This document shows, one piece after another, positions 12,378 through 22,203 of a stretch of DNA of 64,000 bases. The stretch is taken from NCBI GenBank assembly GCA_963702845.1, contig OY969763.1, forward strand, positions 416,001-480,000, read 5' to 3'. Position 1 is the first letter of the stretch. Each line of letters opens with the position of its first letter. The DNA is from an uncultured Verrucomicrobiae bacterium (GTDB lineage Bacteria; Verrucomicrobiota; Verrucomicrobiia; Limisphaerales; Palsa-1400). The position numbers and the translations under genes were made by a program. The notes beneath the pieces were generated by a model. The model had not been told where the DNA came from. It was given only the letters and a program-made list of their open reading frames with translations, and searched no databases.

Positions 12378-12405
12378 ATGATGCCATAAAGCAGCTACGC
12401 GTCAA
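12378..12405 (-). promoter_or_regulatory. Sigma70-like promoter, copy C of the dispersed module
   Basis: Minus strand TTGACG-CGTAGCTGCTTTATGG-CATCAT; spacer resembles those at 17595 and 58770. Confidence 0.5.
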
Positions 12406-12550
12406 AAAATGTAGGCAAGCCAGGGAAAGGGGGGAAAGAAATGGCACTTTTTCTGCACTGTTTTTAACACCAAGACACCAAGGCACAAAGATTGCTAAGG
12501 GTATGAGGTGCTGGAAAGTTAAGCGCTGATAGCTTGGGCCGAGCTTGGAA

Positions 12551-13939
12551 TTACTGGTGCTTTGGGTTTAACGGTAGCCGCACTTTGAATCGGGTTTCGC
12601 CACGACGTGATTCGAATTCGATTTCTCCACCGTGCCGGTCGGCGATAATACGATTGCTAAGGACGAGCCCAAGGCCGGTGCCAGCACCCACCGATTTCGT
12701 CGTGAAAAATGGTTCGAACATCCGCGATTGAATTTCCGCCGGAATACCTTCGCCGTCGTCCACGATCTCAACGACGATTTCGTCGCCGTCCCGGTAAGTA
12801 TCGACACAAATTATTCCAGCGCCGTGGACGGCATCTATCGCGTTGTCGATTAAGTTGGTCCAAACCTGATTGAGTTCACTTCCGTAAGCCATGATGCGCG
12901 GCACTGAACGGTCGAAAGCCCGGTTAACCGTAACGTTCTTCAGTTTATGTCCCAGCATCGTCAATGTATTCTCGATCCCTTCGTGGATATCGATCTCCTG
13001 CATGGGCGATTGATCCATGTAGGAATACGATTTTACCGCCTTCACCAATTCAGCGACGCGTGCCGTGCTATCCTGCATTTCTCGAAGAAGCCCTTGAGTC
13101 CTTAAGCGAGCCTCGAGCCAACGGAGAGCATTAGCCTGGCTCGCTTCGGGAATTTTTTCGAAAAGCTTTTCGAGCCACGGCAAATCCAAACCCACATTGA
13201 CGAAGGTCGGCGCCAGGTCCCACCCGTCCGCAATTCCGTGCGCATTGAGCCAGTCGCCAATGGCCTCGGATCGATCGCTCCGTGTTAAATGATCGAGTTG
13301 CGGAGGCTTCCGGTCGGACGCTTCGTTTGCAGCCTCCACCAGAGAATGCCAATGCTCCGACTCCAACGATTTACTCAAGCCGCACAGGAAAGATTGTAGG
13401 TTGTCGGTTGTTTCCTGAAGTTGCGCGGCCGCCCGTCGAGCAGCCGTTGCTGGGTTATTCAACTCGTGCGCCAGGCCGGCGGCCATCGTGCCCAGCGAAA
13501 TGAGCTTCTCCCGCTGTAACACATACCCTTCCATGTTTTTTAAACGGTTGGCCGCTGCACGAAAAATGGTTCGGGCAACTGCCGGACACGAAGTCAGCAT
13601 CTGCCAAAAACCTTCTTCGTTGAGTCGAAGCAGGCGGACAGGTTTAAAAGTTCGCACATCCGAAAGCCATGGAATATCCAGCAACAGCATGACTTCGCCG
13701 AAGAAGTCCCCCGGTTTGCCAACTGCCATCAGCACAGCCTGCCGCTCGTAATTGCGAACAATGCGGACCTCGCCTTCCAGAAGCACATCGAAAAAACCAT
13801 TGCGGTCACCTTCACGCGCGATAACGGTTCCAGCAGGGACGTCAACAATCTCAGCCTGCGATAAGCAATCCAATTCCTTATCTGTTAGGTGTGCGAACAA
13901 CGGGGTCGCACGCACTTTCTGGAGTTGCTCGGGTTTCAT
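12551..13939 (-). CDS. cNMP-binding-domain sensor histidine kinase
   Basis: N-terminal cNMP fold (GDFFGE), H-box AHELNNP, NQVWTNLIDNA, DDGEG, FEPFFTTK, GTGLGL. Confidence 0.9.
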   Translation of the reverse strand: MKPEQLQKVRATPLFAHLTDKELDCLSQAEIVDVPAGTVIAREGDRNGFFDVLLEGEVRIVRNYERQAVLMAVGKPGDFFGEVMLLLDIPWLSDVRTFKPVRLLRLNEEGFWQMLTSCPAVARTIFRAAANRLKNMEGYVLQREKLISLGTMAAGLAHELNNPATAARRAAAQLQETTDNLQSFLCGLSKSLESEHWHSLVEAANEASDRKPPQLDHLTRSDRSEAIGDWLNAHGIADGWDLAPTFVNVGLDLPWLEKLFEKIPEASQANALRWLEARLRTQGLLREMQDSTARVAELVKAVKSYSYMDQSPMQEIDIHEGIENTLTMLGHKLKNVTVNRAFDRSVPRIMAYGSELNQVWTNLIDNAIDAVHGAGIICVDTYRDGDEIVVEIVDDGEGIPAEIQSRMFEPFFTTKSVGAGTGLGLVLSNRIIADRHGGEIEFESRRGETRFKVRLPLNPKHQ

Positions 13940-13942
13940 ACG

Positions 13943-15601
13943 CTACTGATGCAGCCCTAAATATTGGTGGACCATTTTGACCGCCATGGCGCCTTCGCCA
14001 ACGCCGGAGGTGACTCCTTTCGTTGACCGATGCCGCACATCCCCCGCGACGAAAATTCCCGGAACGCTGGTTTCAAGATAGAACGGATCACGATCGGCAT
14101 CCCATCCACTTGGCCTTTTCCCTGCAAAATGTTGACCGGAAATAATGTAACCCAGTTCATCGCGTTCGACGACGCCGGCTAGCCATTCAGTGCGAGGAAC
14201 CGCCCCTGCATAAATCAACAACGCATTCGCCGGAACAGTTTCCGTTACGCCAGTTTTATTGTTGCGAATCGTAATCGTCTCGCAGTGCCCCTCGCCCTCG
14301 ATCGCCACGACATTTGTATTAAGTCGCACCTCAATATTTTTCGTGGAGTGAATTTGGTCCTCGAGATATTGCGACATGGTGCTGGACAGGGAACTGCCTC
14401 GCACAAGCACGATGACACGACGCGCCACGCGCGAAAAATACATCGACGCCTGACCGGCTGAATTTGCGCCTCCGACGATGTAAACATCGCCGTCTTTGTA
14501 AGAAAAAGCGTCCGTCATCGGCGCGTAGTAATAGACGCCCGCGCCGCTCAATCGATCCAACCCCGGCACATCGAGTTTTCGGAATGCGATTCCAGTGGCG
14601 ATCAGAAGCGCTCGGCACCCGATTTCTCCTTTGTCCGAAAGCTCGACAACTCGGGTTGGGCCCTCCACGCGAACTCCGCAAACTTCCTGTGGCGCCAGTA
14701 TTTCAACCCCAAAACGCCGCGCCTGTGCCACTGCTCGCCGCGCCAGGTCGCCTCCACTAAGCCCCGTGGGAAATCCCAGATAATTTTCAATGCGCGAACT
14801 GCGTCCTGCCTGGCCGCCCGGCGCTTCCCGTTCGATCAATAATGTGTGCAAGCCATCAGCCGCTCCATAAACCGCAGCCGCCAATCCAGCGGGACCGCCG
14901 CCAACGACAACGAGATCGTAAAACGGAAATTCTGCCTTCGTTCGAAGCCCCAGTTTTTCCGCAATCGCTTTGTTCGGTGGATCGGACAGCACCGACCCGT
15001 CAGGAAATATGACCAGAGGCAGCGACGCGGCATCCGCCTTCGCTGTTTCAATGAACTTTTTTGCCTCGTTATCCCGATCGGCATTGAGCCATTGGTGCGG
15101 GACAAAATTCCTTCCAAGAAAATCTCGAATCTCGCTGGCGCGCGACGACCATTGGCTGCCCACCACACGCACACCTTCAAACGTTGGATGATATGAGGAT
15201 TGCCAATCATCCAGCATATCATCGACGAACCCGAAAAGCCGTTCCTCCGGCGGATCCCACGGCTTCATTAGATAGTGATCAATGTGCACGCTATTGATCG
15301 CGCGAATTGCAGCATCCGTGTCGGCGTAAGCGGTCAGCAACGCGCGCTTCGCGTCCGGAAAATACTCCAACGACTGTTCCAAAAATTCCACGCCGTTCAT
15401 CCGTGGCATTCGTTGATCGACAAGAAAAAGCGCGACCGGTTCGTTACGCAGCTTCAACTGCTTCGTCGCCTCCAACGCCGAGGCGCCGGAGTCTGCCGAA
15501 ATGACTCTGTAACGATCTCCGTAATGCCGTCGCAAATCACGTTCCACAGCGCGAAGCACATCCGGATCATCATCCACAGTCCATATGACCGGTTTTGACA
15601 T
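13943..15601 (-). CDS. Receiver domain fused to a thioredoxin-reductase-like FAD/NAD(P)H oxidoreductase
   Basis: REC (VDDD, DQRMP, KPW), GGGPAGL, SRIENYLGFP, GGANSAG, ETSVPGIFVAGD. Confidence 0.9.
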   Translation of the reverse strand: MSKPVIWTVDDDPDVLRAVERDLRRHYGDRYRVISADSGASALEATKQLKLRNEPVALFLVDQRMPRMNGVEFLEQSLEYFPDAKRALLTAYADTDAAIRAINSVHIDHYLMKPWDPPEERLFGFVDDMLDDWQSSYHPTFEGVRVVGSQWSSRASEIRDFLGRNFVPHQWLNADRDNEAKKFIETAKADAASLPLVIFPDGSVLSDPPNKAIAEKLGLRTKAEFPFYDLVVVGGGPAGLAAAVYGAADGLHTLLIEREAPGGQAGRSSRIENYLGFPTGLSGGDLARRAVAQARRFGVEILAPQEVCGVRVEGPTRVVELSDKGEIGCRALLIATGIAFRKLDVPGLDRLSGAGVYYYAPMTDAFSYKDGDVYIVGGANSAGQASMYFSRVARRVIVLVRGSSLSSTMSQYLEDQIHSTKNIEVRLNTNVVAIEGEGHCETITIRNNKTGVTETVPANALLIYAGAVPRTEWLAGVVERDELGYIISGQHFAGKRPSGWDADRDPFYLETSVPGIFVAGDVRHRSTKGVTSGVGEGAMAVKMVHQYLGLHQ

Positions 15602-15637
15602 AAGGTTAAGTCTCTTTCTAAGCAGGTTCCGTGATGC

Positions 15638-16399
15638 TCAACGCAGTCCACCTGAGATAAGGAACGTTTCACCGGTAATCCACGACGCATCATCGGAGGC
15701 AAGGAACACTACAGTGGGCGCGATATCTTGCGGTTGCCCGATCCGCCCAAGCGGCGTCTGCGCTTCGATTCCCTTGCGCTCATCGCTCTCAGCAAGTCCG
15801 GCAGCATGAAATCCTTCGGTCTCCACCATGCCGGGCCGGATCGCGTTAACCCGGATTTTGCGCGGGCCGAGTTCCGTCGCCAGCGAGCGCGTGATGGCGT
15901 CCACCGCGCCTTTTGTGCCGCTGTAAATAGATGAGTTCGGAATGCCAAGCGTGCTGACAATGGAACTCATGTTGATGATTACTCCTCCGCCATCGCCGAA
16001 TTCCCGCGCCGCTGCTTGCGACGAAAGTAATAGGCCGAGCACATTCACATCGAAAAATTTATGGAAATGCTCTTCGGTCACATCCTCTAGGGCCACGAAA
16101 TCGTAAATTCCTGCGTTATTGACGAGAATATCCAATCGTCCGAATGCCTTTTTCGCACTTGCAAACAGCGCCGCGATGTCCTTGGAATTCGACATGTTCG
16201 CCTGCACGGCTATGGCTTTGCCTCCTGTCGTCGTTACGGCTTTGGCAACCGTTTCTCCATCCGCTTGGCTGGAGGAATAATTAACGACGACAGATGCGCC
16301 TTCTGCGGCGAGTGATTTGGCGATGGCTGCACCGATGCCTTTAGATGATCCGGTCACAACTGCGACCTTGCCGGCCAATTTTTTCCCGTTCGTAATCAT
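15638..16399 (-). CDS. Short-chain dehydrogenase/reductase
   Basis: TGSSKGIG, NNAG, YSGTK catalytic YxxxK. Confidence 0.92.
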   Translation of the reverse strand: MITNGKKLAGKVAVVTGSSKGIGAAIAKSLAAEGASVVVNYSSSQADGETVAKAVTTTGGKAIAVQANMSNSKDIAALFASAKKAFGRLDILVNNAGIYDFVALEDVTEEHFHKFFDVNVLGLLLSSQAAAREFGDGGGVIINMSSIVSTLGIPNSSIYSGTKGAVDAITRSLATELGPRKIRVNAIRPGMVETEGFHAAGLAESDERKGIEAQTPLGRIGQPQDIAPTVVFLASDDASWITGETFLISGGLR

Positions 16400-16667
16400 G
16401 TGGTTTGTGTCCCTTTTTGACTATTCGCTGAGAAACGAGTTCTGGAAAGTAATCCTTTGGAGGTTTCTCGACTCGGAAGCCGCACCGCTTGACGTCATCG
16501 ATTGCGCTAGCCTTTGCCCTGAATGCCGTCGATGTGGATGCGCGGCTGTTGCTACAGTGTTAAAACGGAAGCTCAAAAAGACGCGGGGCGCGCAAGTGGC
16601 GGTCGTTGCAACCGTCCAACGTTGGGAGTTGGCTTGCGAACGCAACTAGCATACACCATTGCGCGAA

Positions 16668-17571
16668 ATGATTTTGCTTCGCTACCTGTTCGTTGTTCTG
16701 CTCACCGGCAGTTGCATTAATGCCGGTGCGGATGGGCCGTTTGAGGCCGGTTTTGCGAAACTACATTCACGCATTACTACCGACCCGTCTCCGACCAACG
16801 TCTGGAGTCCACACCTGCGATTGCTCGTTGGCGTCGATGCGACCGAAGGCACTAAGCAGACCATATGTTTTGTCGAACTAACCACGATCAAACCGCCAGC
16901 CACTAATACCAATGGCAAACCGTGGGCGCCGGTATTCGAGACGAATGGTTTTTCGTGGACGGTCGACGAATCAGTCTCACATCACCACAAAAGAAAAATT
17001 CGTTTGGGCTTTGTATCCGGTGCAAGTGCGGGTGTTTGACGCAAGCGGGCGACAATCCAAAGAAGGCACCACCACGGTTCCGTTCGGCTTATTAACCAAT
17101 GGCCTCGCACAAGTGTGTCGGCTCGGGTTGGGCAGAGAGTCCGGCCCCGAAGAAACTCCAGAAAACATGAGAGCGTTTTTCAGTGGATTTCTTTGGATGA
17201 CTGCAATGATGGGACGGCTTGAAGGCGCGCCCGTCCTTCACGACGTTTGGGAGAACGCGAACTGCAGTTTCCGTTGGCCAAGCCTTTGGACAATCACACG
17301 GGCCGCGTTTGGAGGCGGCATGGTGATTGAGCTCAACCCGGATTGGAAAAAAATCGCTGTAGTCAGCACAAATGAGCCCCTGCAATATGTGCTGCCCATG
17401 ACTCTGGCTGTGAGCGGACGGGTTCTCACAAAGGTAGAAATCATCGTTGGTCAGGTCACGGCCGCCGCGGCGTTGCTCGGCGGGATCGAATCTCTCGAGG
17501 CAACACACCCCACCAAACCCGATCACAAGTATACCGCTCGCGTCCTGGCCTCCGGGATCGCGGCCGACTAA
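16668..17571 (+). CDS. Hypothetical exported protein, one frameshift near 16975
   Basis: Signal-peptide-like start; ORFs 16659..17039 and 16912..17571 appear to join into one ~300-aa protein. Confidence 0.5.
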
Positions 17572-17594
17572 TCGCCAGTGAATGCTACACAGCA

Positions 17595-17622
17595 TTGACA
17601 CGCCGTTGCTTCACGTTATAAT
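17595..17622 (+). promoter_or_regulatory. Consensus sigma70 promoter TTGACA-16-TATAAT, copy A of the dispersed module
   Basis: TTGACA 17595-17600, TATAAT 17617-17622; no convincing plus-strand gene downstream. Confidence 0.7.
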
Positions 17623-17857
17623 CCCTTCAGCCGCCGGTGCTTGCCGGCATTCGGGAGACAGAGAACCGGATGCGCTCTTTGATGAAAGTAGAAACATTTC
17701 GATGATATTTTTTTGATTCTGTGTTTTAAGCCGCAAATCAGAACGCGAAGGGCGGTCGCCATCGCGATGGGCTTCACGTCTTGTTGTAGAGTTGAGTTGG
17801 CAGGGAGCGAGCGGCGAGACGCCTCACCTACTGCACCACAGCGGGATCTATCACTGG

Positions 17858-20659
17858 TTACTTCGGCAACTTGGTGTCGAGGATGTGGCGGACTTTTTGG
17901 AGGAGGGCGTCGTTGGCGAAAGGTTTTTGGAGAAAATCCATGCCGGGACGGCCTTTGGTTTTCTGGGCAATTTCTTCGCTGGTGTAGCCGGACATAAAAA
18001 GGACTGGAGTCGGGCCGCGGGATTTGGCAATGCGGTCGGCGAGTTGCCAGCCGGGTAATTCGGGAAGCATGAGGTCGGTTATCAATAGGTCGATAGGGCC
18101 ATCGTGCGACTGGCTGAGCTCGAGGGCGGCCATGCCATCGCCTACTGCGATGATGTTGTAGCCTTTGGCTGTCAACACTTCGTAAAGCATCATGCGGACG
18201 AGTTCTTCATCTTCGACGAGTAAAATGGTTTCGCTGCCGGCGGTTTTTGTGGGCAGGGCAAGGGCTGCGCCTGCTTGTTGCGCCGCGGGTGTTGGGGCGA
18301 GTGGCAGGTAAATGGTAAAAATCGTACCGCGTCCGGGGGTGCTGTCGACGGTTATTTCGCCACCGCTTAATTGTACGATGTCCTGGACGATGGAGAGGCC
18401 GAGGCCGGTGCCCTGATTTTGATCTTTGGTGGTGAAAAATGGTTCGAAGATGCGGGCGAGCACTTCGGGATGCATGCCGCAGCCGGTGTCTTCAACGCGC
18501 AGGATGGCGTAGGAGCCGGGCTTGCGGTGAGGTGTGTTGTTTTCCAACAACTCGACGATGGCGGTTTCGATTTTGAGTTCACCTGCTCCGGCCATGGCAT
18601 CGCGCGCGTTGATGGCGAGATTCATCAGAATTTGCTGAAGCTGGCCAGGGTCAGCATGGACGCAGGGAGGAGCGTCGGTGAGTGAAATGGTTAACCGGAT
18701 CATTTCGCCGACGACGCGTTTCAACAGCTTGTTCATGTCTGTGATAACGGCGTTCAAGCTGACAACTTTTCGTTCGACGACGCGTTTGCGGCTGAAGCCA
18801 AGGAGTTGGCGCGTGAGGGAATTGGCCTGTTCAACGGAACGCTGAACCTGGGAGACGATTTCACGATTGGCATCGTGCGCGGTCATGCGTTGGAGCAAGA
18901 GATCAGTGTAGCCGAGAACAGCCTGGGTGAGGTTTCTGAAGTCGTGAGCGATGCCGCCGGTGAGCCGGCCAATGGCTTCCATTTTTTGGGCCTGCATTTC
19001 GAGTTGTTTGCGCTCGGTGATGTCGCGGACCAAAATGATTTGCAGATGGAACCAGCTAACGGTTGTTTCGGTGACGGCGATTTCAATCGGGATGACCTGG
19101 CCGCTGGGCGTGAGCGCGCCGAGTTCGAGATACTTGGTCTGGCCGAGCGGATTGTGTCTGCTGATGTGATCTTCGAAAATGGCGGCGTCCGACGCGGAAA
19201 AAAGTGTGGTAATTGATTGGCCGACGAGGGCGGCGGACTGGTGCGAGAAGATGGCTTCGGCCGCGGGATTGATTGAGCTGATGCGACCGGGCGGACTGAC
19301 GACGATGACGCCAACCATCATGTTTTCCAGGACGGCTTTAAGGCGTTCTTCGGATTCTTTGCGTTCGGTGACATCCTGGATGACGGCCTGAAACTCGGTG
19401 ATTTGGTTGGAGTCGTCGAATAAGGCGCGAGCGGTGACGTGTTGCCAGAGGATGCGGTCTTGCAGAAACGTGCGGTTATCAAAGGAGACGTGGTCGTGTT
19501 CGGGCAACAAGGCGCGGAAGATGGAGAGCGGAATGTCGCGGTCTTGTTCGGCAAGTTCCTCGAAGTAGTTGGTGCCGATGAGTTGGTCGCGGGTTTTTTC
19601 GGAGAAATGGCAGTAGGCGTCGTTGACGAAGGTGAGCATGCCATCGGGCCGGAAGCGACAGATGAGGTCGAACTGGTCTTCCACAACGCCGCGATATTGT
19701 TTTTCGCTAATGGCCAGGCGGCGATGGGCGTCATCGCGTTCCATGGCCCCGCTGCTGAGAAGGAGGGTCAAGCAACTACCAACGCCGATGTAGCACCCGA
19801 TGAGAATGAGGCTGGTGGTTTCGTTGCCGGTGTAAAAAGGGCCGTGCTGGTGGTGAAGTTCGGCAATGGCGCAGCCCGCGACTATGGCAACGGCGGTTGC
19901 TCCGCCGCGCTGTTCGAAACGCAAGGCTGCCCAGACCAAAAAAGGGAAGGGCAGGAACGCCATTGGATAATTCTTCAGGCCGTGAAATATCCAGGAATCG
20001 AAGGAGACCGCGCAACTTAAACCGAGGCCGGTAATGCATAACCCGAGTTCCAACACACGTGTGGCGTTCCATGGGATTTGGGTTCGCGCGACCCATCCCA
20101 GAATTAACGGCGCGACGAGGAGTGTTCCAAGTGCGTTTGGGACCCACCAATCGAGCAGGGCTGGGAACAAGTCGTTCCAGGAAAGGAGATGTGAATAGCA
20201 GAGGCCGACGACATTGAAGGCGGCGTTGATCGCGGTGCCAACGGCGGAAGCGAGGAGGATAAAGGCTGTGGCATCTCGTAGACGCGACATTGATTTGCGG
20301 AAACCCGCCTTCTCCAGAAGGTAGGCGCAAATGATGGCGGAGATGGTATTTCCAAAGGCAGTGGCGGCGGTGAAAAAGCCAATCGGTTTGCCACTAATGG
20401 TGGCAAAGAGCAGGGCTCCGGCAGCGACGCCGGGCCAGAAACGGTAACCGAACAATAGTATTGCAGCGACGGCAATGCCGGCCGGCGGCCAGATCAAGGC
20501 GATTTCGCCTGACATGAACGAGCCGGCGTGGCCCAGCATTCCACCAAGAAAGTAGAATGCAGTGAGGAACACCCATTGCGTTACTGAACTAAAGTTTGAT
20601 AATGATTTTTTTGTCGTGTCTGACTGCATGCCAAATTCATGTTGTTTGAGGGCACACAA
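17858..20659 (-). CDS. MASE1-PAS-PAS hybrid sensor histidine kinase with receiver
   Basis: LIWPPAGIA membrane domain, two PAS domains, AHDFRN H-box, NARDAM, GTGLGL, C-terminal REC (VEDE, TDLMLP, QKP); start may be slightly downstream. Confidence 0.9.
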   Translation of the reverse strand: MCALKQHEFGMQSDTTKKSLSNFSSVTQWVFLTAFYFLGGMLGHAGSFMSGEIALIWPPAGIAVAAILLFGYRFWPGVAAGALLFATISGKPIGFFTAATAFGNTISAIICAYLLEKAGFRKSMSRLRDATAFILLASAVGTAINAAFNVVGLCYSHLLSWNDLFPALLDWWVPNALGTLLVAPLILGWVARTQIPWNATRVLELGLCITGLGLSCAVSFDSWIFHGLKNYPMAFLPFPFLVWAALRFEQRGGATAVAIVAGCAIAELHHQHGPFYTGNETTSLILIGCYIGVGSCLTLLLSSGAMERDDAHRRLAISEKQYRGVVEDQFDLICRFRPDGMLTFVNDAYCHFSEKTRDQLIGTNYFEELAEQDRDIPLSIFRALLPEHDHVSFDNRTFLQDRILWQHVTARALFDDSNQITEFQAVIQDVTERKESEERLKAVLENMMVGVIVVSPPGRISSINPAAEAIFSHQSAALVGQSITTLFSASDAAIFEDHISRHNPLGQTKYLELGALTPSGQVIPIEIAVTETTVSWFHLQIILVRDITERKQLEMQAQKMEAIGRLTGGIAHDFRNLTQAVLGYTDLLLQRMTAHDANREIVSQVQRSVEQANSLTRQLLGFSRKRVVERKVVSLNAVITDMNKLLKRVVGEMIRLTISLTDAPPCVHADPGQLQQILMNLAINARDAMAGAGELKIETAIVELLENNTPHRKPGSYAILRVEDTGCGMHPEVLARIFEPFFTTKDQNQGTGLGLSIVQDIVQLSGGEITVDSTPGRGTIFTIYLPLAPTPAAQQAGAALALPTKTAGSETILLVEDEELVRMMLYEVLTAKGYNIIAVGDGMAALELSQSHDGPIDLLITDLMLPELPGWQLADRIAKSRGPTPVLFMSGYTSEEIAQKTKGRPGMDFLQKPFANDALLQKVRHILDTKLPK

Positions 20660-20784
20660 TAGACGACGTGAGACCAGCAGGTTTGGGGCCGAATGCCTCA
20701 GTGTTTACTTGATTTGTAAGTTGTTGATTTCCTGAAACCTGTGGGCAAATCGTGATGAAAATCTTGGCGAGTTAAAATCGTTCT

Positions 20785-20799
20785 GTCAATTATATTGAC
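20785..20799. promoter_or_regulatory. Palindrome GTCAAT-TAT-ATTGAC between divergent kinase and regulator genes
   Basis: Perfect 6-bp arms in AT-rich intergenic DNA. Confidence 0.4.
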
Positions 20800-20941
20800 T
20801 AACCATCTCCATTCGCCTCAGGTCATTTTAGTGTAATCTACTAACCATTTTTTGTGATGGAAGGCCTTATTCCTGCTGCTCTTACGTTTAAGAACTCGAA
20901 ACCGAGACAAACAAGCGAGTTCAAAAAAGAAGGTAGTTTTT

Positions 20942-21424
20942 ATGAAAGTTTTAGCTGGAATGGGGCTGGCTGGACAGGTGTCGGCTGGATTAAAATCCGT
21001 TTTGGTGGTGGATAATGAAGGGGAGCATTGCGCACGCATTCGCGATGAGCTGAGGAACCTAAACCTGCGCAATCATGTGCATTGTTTGACGTCGGCCGCG
21101 GAAATGATCGCGTATCTGAATGGGTTCGCGCAGTTCAGCGACCGGGAAGGGTATCCATTGCCGGCAGTGTTGCTCGTGGACCTGAATTTGCCGCTGATCG
21201 ATGGTTTTATCGTGGTGGAGTGGATCCGGTCGCATGAAAAGTTTTGTCGCATCCCGATCGTGGTGATGGGCCGAAGAGACCAGGCGGGGGCGTTGGAGGC
21301 GGCAGTCAAAGTCGGCGCGGATGCGTGGATGATGAAGCCGTTTGACCGGGCTGAATTCGAATGGATCGTGATGAAGATGCCGGTGTTGCTGGAGTTCCAC
21401 TGGGACGAAGCGGCTGACGTCTAA
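20942..21424 (+). CDS. Single-domain response regulator (Rcp1-like)
   Basis: VVDNE, LLVDLNLP, KP. Confidence 0.85.
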   Translation: MKVLAGMGLAGQVSAGLKSVLVVDNEGEHCARIRDELRNLNLRNHVHCLTSAAEMIAYLNGFAQFSDREGYPLPAVLLVDLNLPLIDGFIVVEWIRSHEKFCRIPIVVMGRRDQAGALEAAVKVGADAWMMKPFDRAEFEWIVMKMPVLLEFHWDEAADV

Positions 21425-21558
21425 TGTAGTCTATTGGCTGATGTCAATACAGGTTTGACACTACATTTCAGTAGAACCCCGACAGACACGCCGTCAATTA
21501 CAGGGTATGATTTCGGAAGTTCAAACGTTCCCTACTAAGCTCAAACATCCCCAACTGT

Positions 21559-22020
21559 ATGAAACGAGTCGATGAACCTGGGGCAACAGACGGAGCGGAA
21601 GGCCTGAAAGTATTGCTTTTCGTTGAGGATGATCCTAATGACTTTCTCCTCGCGCAACGTGAGTTGCGCAAAATGAAATTACTGAACCCGGTGTGTCATG
21701 TAGCCAGTGTGGAGGAGATGGTTGCCTACATGAGCGCGGAGGAGAAGTTTTCCGACCACGAGAAGTTTCCGCTTCCGGAAGCGATTTTCCTGGATATGCA
21801 CCTGCCGAAGGGCGACGGTCTCGATGCGGCGGCGTGGCTGCGGTCGAAATTGAAATTTCGCAACATCCCCCTCGTCGCGATCAGCGGCAGTGGGACCGAA
21901 ATGCTGAAGATGGCGGTGGACATGGGCGCGCACGCCTTGATGCTGAAGCCATTCGACGCGGATGAATTTGCGAAGATCGTGTCGAGATTGAAGCTGCGGT
22001 TGGCATTTGTGGAAGATTAG
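21559..22020 (+). CDS. Single-domain response regulator (Rcp1-like)
   Basis: VEDD, FLDMHLP, ISG, KP. Confidence 0.88.
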   Translation: MKRVDEPGATDGAEGLKVLLFVEDDPNDFLLAQRELRKMKLLNPVCHVASVEEMVAYMSAEEKFSDHEKFPLPEAIFLDMHLPKGDGLDAAAWLRSKLKFRNIPLVAISGSGTEMLKMAVDMGAHALMLKPFDADEFAKIVSRLKLRLAFVED

Positions 22021-22203
22021 CGTTGGTTTGCTTCGGGAACTTTATTGGTGGCGTCAGTCAGACTACTTAACGGGCCTTCTGGGTTTGCTGATAGTTTCTT
22101 GCATACTAAATTATACACTTTTCTTGCGAAGTTGTAATCCGTAGGCTGCGCCGTGAAAACCTGCTCTTAACGCAAGGCGCTGCTGCCCAGAACAGAATGC
22201 GTT

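Noticed and set aside
17623..17857. rRNA operon leader or known housekeeping RNA
   Set aside because: BoxA-like motif present but no rRNA follows; no tmRNA, RNase P or SRP signature recognised
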